64,000 nucleotides of DNA, from contig CAMBEE010000002.1 in assembly GCA_945865665.1 (NCBI GenBank), positions 57,961 through 121,960 of the forward strand. The letters are read 5' to 3'. The translations under genes and the position numbers were made by a program. Position 1 is the first letter of the stretch; each line of letters opens with the position of its first letter. The notes beneath the pieces were generated by a model. The model saw only the letters and a program-made list of their open reading frames with translations. It did no database searches and was not told where the DNA came from. Shown one piece after another: positions 53,778 to 62,395 of the stretch. The DNA is from an uncultured Clostridium sp. (GTDB lineage Bacteria > Bacillota > Clostridia > TANB77 > CAG-508).

Positions 53778-53792
53778 GCTCATAACCCGAAG
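53778..53792 (+). repeat. attR core (GCTCATAACCCGAAG)
   Basis: Exact 15-bp repeat of 34173-34187. The flanking sequence is not tRNA-like. Confidence 0.7.
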
Positions 53793-53956
53793 CCCACCCA
53801 TAAAAAATATAATATAGATATACAAGAAAAAAAGCACGCATCAATACTAACTCATATAAAAAAATAGTGAAAAAAGTAAATACTTTTTTCATTCTACACT
53901 ATAAAATTCCCTATAATTATGATATAATTCCCATAAAAATAAAAAGGAGGAAAACC

Positions 53957-54871
53957 ATGGATTTAACAATAGAAGTAGAAAACTACAAACTAAACATAAG
54001 AGCAGCAGGGATAATAGAACACAACGGAAAAATATTAGTACACAAAGAAATAAGCAAAGACCACTATGCACTAATAGGAGGAAGAGTAAAAATAGGAGAA
54101 AATTCAGAAACAACAATCAAAAGAGAAATTAAAGAAGAACTTGGAAAAGAAATAAAAACAACAGGATATATAGCAACAATAGAAAATTTCTTTGAAGAAA
54201 AAGGACAAAAATATCACGAAATACTATTTGTACACAAAGCAGAATTCATAAACGAAGAAGACAAAAAAATAGAACATACACTAAAGAATGTAGAGGGCAA
54301 AGAAAACTTACACTATGAATGGATAGAAATAAGCAAAATAGATGAATATAAAATCCTACCAGAAGCAATAAAAGAAATACTAAAAGAAAATAAAATACCA
54401 GTACATAAAATAAACAATGATTTGAAAAATGAATTTGAATCAAATGAAGTAAACAATATATTAAGCAAAAACACCAACAACAAAAGAGAAAAATGCTGTG
54501 GATGTATTTTAATAAATGATAATAAAGTATTACTAATCAAACAAACGCAAGGACATTGGGGATTTCCAAAAGGGCATGTAGAAAAGAATGAAACAGAACT
54601 TGAAACTGCAACAAGAGAGGTGAAAGAAGAAACCAATTTAGAAGTAGAAATTGATGCTAATAAAAGATATACAATGGAATATGAAACAGATAAAGGAACA
54701 TTAAAACAAGTGGTTCTATTTGTTGCAAAATGCACAGGTGGAGAGATTAAAGCACAGGAATGTGAAGTTAAAGAGATAAAATGGTTAGATTTCGATGAAG
54801 CAGTTAAAACAATTACATATGAAAATACTAGAGAATTATTTAAGAAAATACTTAAAGATATAAAAGAGTAA
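53957..54871 (+). CDS. tandem double-NUDIX hydrolase
   Basis: Two Nudix boxes: GGRVKIGENSETTIKREIKEELG and GHVEKNETELETATREVKEETN. The start is moved to ATG 53957 (RBS AAGGAGG at 53944-53950). Confidence 0.85.
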   Translation: MDLTIEVENYKLNIRAAGIIEHNGKILVHKEISKDHYALIGGRVKIGENSETTIKREIKEELGKEIKTTGYIATIENFFEEKGQKYHEILFVHKAEFINEEDKKIEHTLKNVEGKENLHYEWIEISKIDEYKILPEAIKEILKENKIPVHKINNDLKNEFESNEVNNILSKNTNNKREKCCGCILINDNKVLLIKQTQGHWGFPKGHVEKNETELETATREVKEETNLEVEIDANKRYTMEYETDKGTLKQVVLFVAKCTGGEIKAQECEVKEIKWLDFDEAVKTITYENTRELFKKILKDIKE

Positions 54872-54962
54872 AAAATAATTATACTACTAGAGAATTTTAA
54901 AATTTAATATTGATCCACAAAAAGTGATATAATTGTGGAAAATAATAACAAGGAAACAAAAA

Positions 54963-55538
54963 ATGAAAGAAAACAAAACACTATACAAAATAGCAAAAGC
55001 AATATACAGCAAATTGCTAAAAATAATATATAGACCAACAGTAAAAGGAACAGAAAACATACCAGAAAAAGGAGCAATTATCTTTGTCGGAAACCACAAG
55101 CACGCATTTGACCCAATAATGGTAATGTCAAACACAAACAGAATAGTACATTATATGGCAAAAGAAAGTCTGTTCAAGGGAATCCACGGAAAAATTTTTG
55201 AAAGCATTGGAACTATAAAAGTGCACAGAAACAAAAGCAACCCTGTAGCCATATTAAAAGCAGAAAGAGTGCTTAAACAAGGTGGCGCAGTTGGAATATT
55301 TCCAGAAGGAACAAGAAATAGGACAAACCAAGAACTTTTGAAATTCAGATACGGAGCAGTTAAAATAGCTCAAAAAACAAACACACCAATTATTTCATTT
55401 GCAATAAAAGGTGACTATAAACCATTTAGAAAAGGCTTATCAATTGAATTTGGAAAACCAATAGATGTTAGTAAAATGGAAATAGAAGAAGCAAATAATT
55501 ATATTAAGAATGAAGTATTAAACATACTTAGAAAGTAG
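54963..55538 (+). CDS. plsC: 1-acyl-sn-glycerol-3-phosphate acyltransferase
   Basis: HxxxxD block (GNHKHAFDP) and FPEGTRN block. Confidence 0.85.
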   Translation: MKENKTLYKIAKAIYSKLLKIIYRPTVKGTENIPEKGAIIFVGNHKHAFDPIMVMSNTNRIVHYMAKESLFKGIHGKIFESIGTIKVHRNKSNPVAILKAERVLKQGGAVGIFPEGTRNRTNQELLKFRYGAVKIAQKTNTPIISFAIKGDYKPFRKGLSIEFGKPIDVSKMEIEEANNYIKNEVLNILRK

Positions 55539-55592
55539 GAAAGGTTGGAAAATTGAAAATTTTTCCAACAGGGTTTCTACCTTGAGGAAGGA

Positions 55593-56471
55593 TTGAAATT
55601 AAATATGAAATGGATTTTTATAGTAAACGAAAGTGCTGGAAGGGGAAAAAGTAAAAAAATAATACCGAATATAGAAAACGAATGTAAAAATCAAAATATT
55701 GAATTTGAAATTAGATATATAACAAAAGAAAAAAGTGGATATGACATTGCTTTAGAATACAGAGATAAAGAATATGTAATATATGTTGTAGGAGGAGATG
55801 GAACTCTAACACTTGTGTTGCCTGCGTTAGTTGGCACTAAAAATAAACTGGGTATTATTCCGTCAGGCTCAGGAAATGATACATATAGAACAATAAAAAA
55901 TCTGCCTAATAAAGAGACATTGATAGATATAGGAAAAATTAATGACAAATATTTTATAAATGTAGCATGTACAGGAATCGATGCTGAAGTAGCAAACAAT
56001 ATTGATAAATTAAGGAACACAATAATACCAACAAGTCAACTATACAATGCAAGTATTGTATATACTTTTATAAAATTTAAACATAAAAAAATGAAATTGA
56101 AAACTAGTGTAAAAAACATTGAAACCAAATATACAATTTTAAGCATTTGCAACGGAGCATATTATGGCGGTGGCTTTAATATTGCACCAAAATCAACATT
56201 AACGGATGGTCTTTTAGATGTTTATTATGCAGAAGAAATGCCAAAAATAAAAATGATTCCATTAATTTTAAGACTGAAAAAAGGAAAACATGAAGGAAAA
56301 AGGAGAATTCATAAATTTAGAACAAATCATGTAGAATTACAGATTGATGAAGAAATTACTTTTAATGTTGATGGGGAAAAACTAACAGGAAATAAATTTA
56401 TTATTGATGTTTTACCAAAATCAATTACATTATTTAATGATAATGACTTTGTAGAAAAAATTTTGAAATAA
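55593..56471 (+). CDS. YegS/BmrU-type diacylglycerol/lipid kinase
   Basis: VVGGDGTL and IIPSGSGNDT motifs. The start may be ATG 55605. Confidence 0.8.
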   Translation: MKLNMKWIFIVNESAGRGKSKKIIPNIENECKNQNIEFEIRYITKEKSGYDIALEYRDKEYVIYVVGGDGTLTLVLPALVGTKNKLGIIPSGSGNDTYRTIKNLPNKETLIDIGKINDKYFINVACTGIDAEVANNIDKLRNTIIPTSQLYNASIVYTFIKFKHKKMKLKTSVKNIETKYTILSICNGAYYGGGFNIAPKSTLTDGLLDVYYAEEMPKIKMIPLILRLKKGKHEGKRRIHKFRTNHVELQIDEEITFNVDGEKLTGNKFIIDVLPKSITLFNDNDFVEKILK

Positions 56472-56489
56472 AAGATGGGAGATAAAATT

Positions 56490-57041
56490 ATGAGTGAAAA
56501 TTTAAAGAAACCAATAGTAACAATAGAAATGGAAGATGGGGGAATAATAAAACTAGAACTATATCCAAGCAAAGCACCAGAAACAGTAAACAACTTTGTA
56601 AATTTGGTACAAAAAGGATTTTATGATGGACTAATATTCCACAGAACAATTCCAGGATTCATGGCACAAGGAGGAGACCCAGAAGGAACAGGAATGGGAG
56701 GCCCAGGATACGGAATAAAAGGAGAATTCAAAGAAAATGGAGTAGAAAACAACATATCACATGTAAGAGGGATCGTATCAATGGCAAGAAGCATGATGCC
56801 TAATAGTGCAGGTTCTCAATTCTTTATAGTAACAGATGACTCAGAATTTTTAGATGGAAAATATGCTGCATTTGGAAGTGTTATTGAAGGGATGGATGTA
56901 GTAGATAAAATTGTAAAATCAAGAGTAATTACCAGAAGTCCATTTGGTGGTGGGAAAGATAGACCAGTAGAACCACCTGTTATGAAAAAAGTAACAGTAG
57001 AGACATTTGGAGTAGAATATCCAGAACCACAAAAAATGTAA
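56490..57041 (+). CDS. ppiB: cyclophilin-type peptidyl-prolyl cis-trans isomerase
   Basis: FHRTIPGFMAQGGDP…SMARS…NSAGSQFFIV. Confidence 0.9.
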   Translation: MSENLKKPIVTIEMEDGGIIKLELYPSKAPETVNNFVNLVQKGFYDGLIFHRTIPGFMAQGGDPEGTGMGGPGYGIKGEFKENGVENNISHVRGIVSMARSMMPNSAGSQFFIVTDDSEFLDGKYAAFGSVIEGMDVVDKIVKSRVITRSPFGGGKDRPVEPPVMKKVTVETFGVEYPEPQKM

Positions 57042-57366
57042 AAAATTAATAAAATGACAAATTTCGACACAAAAATAGAAAAATAAATAGTATAATTTCA
57101 ATATACCAAAATATTCATATAAATTAATTAGAATTCAAGAATTTTTTATGGGGTAGAACACTAAAAAACATTCTACCCCAGTATTTTATATCATTAAAAT
57201 TTTAATTTTTAAAATTAGCCGAATAATCAAATTTTAAACTTATTTTCAAAATAAAAATCCAAAATAAAATCAAAAAATCACACAACAATCCACATATTGT
57301 GATATAATAGTGGAAAAATAACAGAAAAGTTCAAATGACAATGAAAAAATAAGGAGGAGAAAAATT

Positions 57367-58341
57367 ATGTGTACAGCAGCAACATATAAAACAAAAGACT
57401 TCTATTTTGGGAGGACACTAGACTATGAATTCTCATATGGAGATGAAATAACAATAACACCAAGAAATTACGAATTCAAATTCAAAGAAACAGAACAAAT
57501 AAAAAATCACTATGCAATAATAGGAATGGCATATGTAGCAGAAAACTACCCACTATACTATGACGCAATAAACGAAAAAGGATTAGGAATAGCAGGACTG
57601 AACTTTGTAGGAAACACGCACTACAACTCAAAAGAAGAAGAAAAAGATAATATAACACAATACGAATTTATACCATGGATTTTAAGTCAATGCACAACCG
57701 TAAAAGAAGCACGACAACTAATAGAAAAAATGAACTTTTTAAATGAACCATTTAATGAACAATTACCACTAGCACAATTACATTGGATTATAGCAGACAA
57801 AGAAGAAGCCATAACAGTTGAAGCAATGAAAGATGGAATAAAAATATATGAAAACCCTGTAGGAATTTTAACTAATAACCCGCCATTTGATAAGCAAATG
57901 TTTGCATTAAATAACTATATGAACTTATCACCTAAATCTCCTGAGAATAAATTTGCAAAAAATATAAATTTAGATAGATACAGCAGAGGAATGGGAGCAA
58001 TAGGACTTCCTGGTGATTTATCTTCACAATCTAGGTTTATAAGAGCAAGTTTTGTAAAAATGAACTCAGTTTCAAAAGATACAGAAAATGAAAGTGTTAG
58101 CCAATTCTTCCATATTCTTAATTCAGTAGATCAACAAAGGGGATGTTGTGAGGTAGATGACGGAAAGTATGAGATAACAATTTATACATCTTGCTGTAAT
58201 GCAAGTAAAGGAATTTATTATTACACAACATATGATAACCATCAAATTACAGCAGTTGATATGCATAAGGAAAATCTAGATAGTAAAGAACTTATAAGAT
58301 ATCAATTAATAAAAGAAGAACAAATCAAAATTCAAAATTAA
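57367..58341 (+). CDS. choloylglycine (bile-salt) hydrolase family Ntn-hydrolase
   Basis: MCTAATYKTKDFYFGRTLD has the nucleophile Cys2. The length is ~324 aa and the N-terminal block is typical of BSH/PVA. Confidence 0.85.
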   Translation: MCTAATYKTKDFYFGRTLDYEFSYGDEITITPRNYEFKFKETEQIKNHYAIIGMAYVAENYPLYYDAINEKGLGIAGLNFVGNTHYNSKEEEKDNITQYEFIPWILSQCTTVKEARQLIEKMNFLNEPFNEQLPLAQLHWIIADKEEAITVEAMKDGIKIYENPVGILTNNPPFDKQMFALNNYMNLSPKSPENKFAKNINLDRYSRGMGAIGLPGDLSSQSRFIRASFVKMNSVSKDTENESVSQFFHILNSVDQQRGCCEVDDGKYEITIYTSCCNASKGIYYYTTYDNHQITAVDMHKENLDSKELIRYQLIKEEQIKIQN

Positions 58342-58350
58342 TAAAAGACA

Positions 58351-58517
58351 CAAGATTTGGCAGACAAAATTTTGAAAAAAATTTTGGATGACGATGAGCG
58401 AAACGCCCAAGATTTGGCAGACAAAATTTTGAAAAAATTTTGGATGACGATGAGCGAAACGCCCAAGATTTGGCAGACAAAATTTTGAAAAAATTTTGGA
58501 TGACGATGAGCGAAACG
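58351..58517 (+). repeat. tandem direct repeat, 3 units of 57/56/~54 bp
   Basis: caagatttggcagacaaaattttgaaaaaa(a)ttttggatgacgatgagcgaaacgcc at 58351-58407, 58408-58463 and 58464-~58517. Confidence 0.9.
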
Positions 58518-58542
58518 AAGTGAAGCGAAAGGAAAAACAAAA

Positions 58543-59349
58543 GTGAAAAAGAGTACACGAGCAAAGAAAACAAAAAACAAACAAACAGAAAAAATAATAT
58601 CAACATTAATAATATTAATATTAATAATAGCAAGTTGGGTAATAAACAAACAAGAAAACAACAACACAGAAAATCAGATAAATGAAACAAATATAACCAG
58701 AGAACAAGCACAAGCAGCGGAAAATACGGTATCAAACACCACATACAATTTAAGTAACATACCTGAATACACAGACAAAATATACATCGAAATAAATAAT
58801 AACATACCATATTTTGAAGAAAAAGAGCACACAACAAAAGCATTTGAAAACTACAGTCAATTAGATAATTTGAAAAGATGCGGAGTAGCATATGCAAACA
58901 TATGCAAAGAAATAATGCCAACAGAAAAAAGAGGAGACATCAGTAATGTAAAGCCAACTGGTTGGAAACAAGCAAAATACGATGGAAAATTTTTATACAA
59001 CAGATGCCATTTAATCGGATATCAATTAGCAGGAGAGAATGCAAACGAGTTAAATTTAATAACCGGCACAAATTATTTCAATGTTGAAGGAATGTTACCA
59101 TTTGAAAACAAAGTAGCAGAATATATAGATAAAAACAATAATAATCACGTGCTTTATAGAGTAACACCAGACTTTAAAGGAGACAATAAAGTTGCAAGTG
59201 GAGTAGAAATGGAAGCATATTCAGTAGAAGATAATGGACGAGGAATTAGCTTTAATGTATATGTGTATAATGTCCAACCCGGAATAACAATTAATTATCA
59301 AACAGGTGAAAGCTCTCAAAATAGCAAATATCTATTAAATGCTGTATAA
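58543..59349 (+). CDS. membrane-anchored/secreted DNA/RNA non-specific endonuclease (Endonuclease_NS_2-type)
   Basis: TM helix, then …YNRCHLIGYQLAGENANELNLITGTNYFN…MLPFEN. GTG start. Confidence 0.8.
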   Translation: MKKSTRAKKTKNKQTEKIISTLIILILIIASWVINKQENNNTENQINETNITREQAQAAENTVSNTTYNLSNIPEYTDKIYIEINNNIPYFEEKEHTTKAFENYSQLDNLKRCGVAYANICKEIMPTEKRGDISNVKPTGWKQAKYDGKFLYNRCHLIGYQLAGENANELNLITGTNYFNVEGMLPFENKVAEYIDKNNNNHVLYRVTPDFKGDNKVASGVEMEAYSVEDNGRGISFNVYVYNVQPGITINYQTGESSQNSKYLLNAV

Positions 59350-59413
59350 AAAATTCAACACAATTATAAAACATAATTAAAAAAATTTAATCAAAAAAAG
59401 GAGAGATGATTTA

Positions 59414-59839
59414 TTGAAATTAGATATTTTTAACAAACTAGCAAATGATATAAAAGAAAATAATTTAGTAGAAAATTTTATACAAGAATTATCAAAATAC
59501 ATTGAAAATTCAAAGGAAAAAGAACAGATGAATACAATAAACAACGACGAAAACAACAATAATAATGAGGTTGAAAAAGAAAGTTCACTAGAACAACAAG
59601 AAAATTTAGAACAAAATAGAGAAGAAAACTGCCTATATCAGGTAGTAGACTTCAGTGCAAAAGGTGTTTTTTTACTAAACAAAAACAGCAATAAAATATT
59701 TGAAGAAACAGAAATATCAGAAGAACTAAAAAATCAAATACAAAATGATAGTATATTGAGATATAAAAATGGTGAATATGTATATGAAGAAGAATTAACA
59801 GAAGAATTCTTCAATAATTTAGAAGATATAGACCAATAA
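59414..59839 (+). CDS. hypothetical acidic protein (141 aa)
   Basis: TTG start 9 nt after AGGAGA. N/E-rich. No motif recognised. Confidence 0.5.
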   Translation: MKLDIFNKLANDIKENNLVENFIQELSKYIENSKEKEQMNTINNDENNNNNEVEKESSLEQQENLEQNREENCLYQVVDFSAKGVFLLNKNSNKIFEETEISEELKNQIQNDSILRYKNGEYVYEEELTEEFFNNLEDIDQ

Positions 59840-59925
59840 AAAATAAAATTATGGCTAAAAACAGCAAAGAATCAAATGAAATTTTAAACAAAATTGTATT
59901 ACAATAAAAAAGAAAGGTGATAAAA

Positions 59926-60462
59926 ATGAAAGCATTAGTAATATCAGACATCCATGGTTCAGCATACTATGGAGAAAAAATAAAAGAAATAAATGAAAAA
60001 GAAAAACCAGACAAAATAATATTATTAGGAGATTTATATTACCATGGACCAAGAAATAATTTAAGTCAAGAATACAACCCAATGAAAGTAGCACAAACAC
60101 TTAATTCATTAAAAGACAAGCTTTTAGTAGTAAGAGGAAACTGTGACGCAGAAGTAGACGAAACAATATCAGAATTTGAATTTCACGATCACATTTTAAT
60201 GGAAATTAACGGCAAGAAATTTTATTTTACACATGGACACAAATACAATATAGAAAAAATACCATATGACGACTTTGATATAATGATATATGGTCACATC
60301 CACCAAGGATTTATTCAAGAAAAAGAAGGGTTTATCTTTGCAAACCCAGGATCTATCTCACTTCCAAAGTGCAATACAGAGCATAGCTATATTGTAATTG
60401 AAGACAACAAAATAATATTAAAAAATGTTGATGGAAAAGTTATACAAGAATACGAATTTTAA
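59926..60462 (+). CDS. yfcE: YfcE/MJ0936-family metallophosphoesterase
   Basis: ISDIHGS…GDLYYHGPRN…RGNCD…THGH…GHIH motif series. Confidence 0.85.
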   Translation: MKALVISDIHGSAYYGEKIKEINEKEKPDKIILLGDLYYHGPRNNLSQEYNPMKVAQTLNSLKDKLLVVRGNCDAEVDETISEFEFHDHILMEINGKKFYFTHGHKYNIEKIPYDDFDIMIYGHIHQGFIQEKEGFIFANPGSISLPKCNTEHSYIVIEDNKIILKNVDGKVIQEYEF

Positions 60463-60517
60463 TTGACAACAAACCCTAAAAGTGATTTAATAAGCACAAG
60501 AAAGGGGGATATAGAAT

Positions 60518-61132
60518 ATGAAAAAAATACTAAAAATTGCATTAATAGTAATATTAATAATTGTACTAGTAGTTGGAGGGTACTTTATAGCCCTAAACAT
60601 GACAAAAAAACAAGCATTAGAAACAGTTGATAAAATGTTCACAGCATTGAAAACAGGAGACGAAGAGCAAATAAAACAATACATCAATATAGAAGATGTA
60701 ATTGAAGAAAATACAACATCAGAAGATAACATAGCAGATAATCAAGATATGGAAAAAGCAATGTTAAAAAATCTAAACTATGAGGTAGTATCAACAGACA
60801 TAAAAATAAATGAATGCACAATGAAATTAAATATAAGTAACAAAAATTTAAAAACAGTATTTGGAAATTATATATCAAAAGCCTTTTCTGTAGCCTTTTC
60901 TCAAGCGTTTGGTGCAATGACAGAAGAAGAGATGGATGAACAATTAAAACAATATTTTATAGAACAATATAATTCTGAAGACATTGAAACTGTAACAACA
61001 GAAGTTACTATTAATATGAAAAAAGAAGATGGGAAATGGAATATAGATTGCGACGAAGATGCTTTTGTCGATGCAGTATTACCAGGATATAGAGAAGTTG
61101 AAGAATCTTTAAATAATATGAATCAAGAATAA
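60518..61132 (+). CDS. hypothetical membrane-anchored protein (204 aa)
   Basis: RBS GGGGG. N-terminal TM helix. No motif recognised. Confidence 0.6.
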   Translation: MKKILKIALIVILIIVLVVGGYFIALNMTKKQALETVDKMFTALKTGDEEQIKQYINIEDVIEENTTSEDNIADNQDMEKAMLKNLNYEVVSTDIKINECTMKLNISNKNLKTVFGNYISKAFSVAFSQAFGAMTEEEMDEQLKQYFIEQYNSEDIETVTTEVTINMKKEDGKWNIDCDEDAFVDAVLPGYREVEESLNNMNQE

Positions 61133-61254
61133 TATAAAAAGGACATAAATTTAAATAAAAAATTATGTCCTTCATTTTATACATAAATAGGCTTTCTAAA
61201 ATTCCTATAATATAAATAATTTCAACCAATAATACAAATAATTTTAACAAAATA

Positions 61255-62193
61255 TTAAATTGAAGTCTTGTAATATTTTCCTTGCCATAAATCTTGTTCT
61301 TTCAAAATTTTATCAAACCCATTCAAAACCCACTTCTTATGCAAATTCCACTCAGGAGCAACCAACAAATCCTTAGGAGCGTCACCAGAAATTCTATGAA
61401 TAACAACATCTGGTGAAATATGAGTTACAACATAAGCAAGAGCATCCAAATAATACTCTAAAGTAATAGGCTCATATTGACCTGCAAAAAACATATCAGC
61501 AAGAACAGTATTTTTAACAACATAAGTAGAATGAATTTTCAAACCTTGAATATTATGCTTGTTAATAAAATCAACAGTATTTTTCAAATCATCAAAATTT
61601 TCACCTGGTAAACCAATCATAATGTGAGCTACAACATCAATACCAGCATTATTCAATAACTTAACAGCAGTTGTAAATTGAAGGCTAGAATAACCACGGT
61701 TAATTAAATTGCCAGTCTCATCATTAGAAGTTTGCAAACCAAGTTCAACACAAACATAATAGTTATCTTTGTAAGATTTCAACAAATTTACAATGTCTTC
61801 ATTTATACAATCAGGTCTTGTAGCAACTTCTAAACTAACAATTCTATCATCAATTAAAGCAGCATCATATTTGGCTTTTAGCATATCCAAAGTATCATAT
61901 GTGTTTGTAAAATTTTGAAAATAAGCAATAAACTTATTAGCACGTTCACTTCGATAACTATCAAAATAATTTTTTACTTGATTACTAATTTTTTCAGTTA
62001 TAGTGTCACCAAAGCCACAACGTATTAATTCACCAGAACCTTTTTCACTACAAAAAATACATCCCTTTGTAGATATAGTTCCATCTCTATTTGGACAGGT
62101 AAAGCCACCATCAATACATATTTTTAATGTTCTTTCTCCGAACTTTTCTTTTAAATATTTGTTTAAGTGTTTATATCTTTCTTTCTCTTCCAT
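61255..62193 (-). CDS. TIGR01212-family radical SAM protein
   Basis: MEEKERYKHLNKYLKEKFGERTLKICIDGGFTCPNRDGTISTKGCIFCSEKGSG. The ORF-track extension to 62745 is a hydrophobic read-through of the mgtA region on the opposite strand. Confidence 0.85.
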   Translation of the reverse strand: MEEKERYKHLNKYLKEKFGERTLKICIDGGFTCPNRDGTISTKGCIFCSEKGSGELIRCGFGDTITEKISNQVKNYFDSYRSERANKFIAYFQNFTNTYDTLDMLKAKYDAALIDDRIVSLEVATRPDCINEDIVNLLKSYKDNYYVCVELGLQTSNDETGNLINRGYSSLQFTTAVKLLNNAGIDVVAHIMIGLPGENFDDLKNTVDFINKHNIQGLKIHSTYVVKNTVLADMFFAGQYEPITLEYYLDALAYVVTHISPDVVIHRISGDAPKDLLVAPEWNLHKKWVLNGFDKILKEQDLWQGKYYKTSI

Positions 62194-62395
62194 AATGGTT
62201 ACAGTATAGCAGAAAAAGGCAAATGAGACAAGTGGGACAGACAAAATTTGTCTCATATATTTGTCAAATCTTGTCGATGTGATAAAAAAATAATAGAAAA
62301 ACTTTAAAAATTTCAAAAAAGTGATATAATACAACCGTAAAACAAAACTTACAAAAAATAATAAAAAACACAACCAAAAAAGGAAAGTGATACAA

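Larger units (their letters stand above)
34173..53792. mobile_element. ~19.6-kb integrative, satellite/PICI-like element loaded with conflict-system cassettes
   Basis: 15-bp direct repeat GCTCATAACCCGAAG at 34173-34187 and 53778-53792. Identical ATTGGGTAAAAATTGGGTAAAAT arm repeats lie inside both ends. It carries tyrosine integrase, excisionase, a replisome organizer and a DnaC-like gene, and has no capsid/tail or conjugation genes. Confidence 0.75.

Noticed and set aside
53867-53956. Upstream extension of the double-NUDIX ORF, and similarly 32219-32242, 54933-54962, 42782-42796, 59917-59925 and 56475-56489
   Set aside because: In each case an internal ATG has a properly spaced Shine-Dalgarno sequence. 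The extension either overlaps a promoter box or adds residues that homologous N-termini would not have.
58351-58517. CRISPR array
   Set aside because: The units are directly abutting 56-57-bp repeats with no unique spacers between them, and no cas genes are present in the window.
58306-58921. Three overlapping minus-strand ORFs (92-198 aa) with repeated RFAHRHPKFFQNFVCQILG peptides
   Set aside because: The peptide repeats are just translations of the tandem DNA repeat. The ORFs overlap the plus-strand nuclease gene and have no RBS.
62200-62395. Mg2+ (M-box) riboswitch or long leader upstream of mgtA
   Set aside because: The candidate promoter (tGATATAAT at ~62318) leaves only a ~70-nt A-rich leader with no multi-helix structure. 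Nothing M-box-like is visible.
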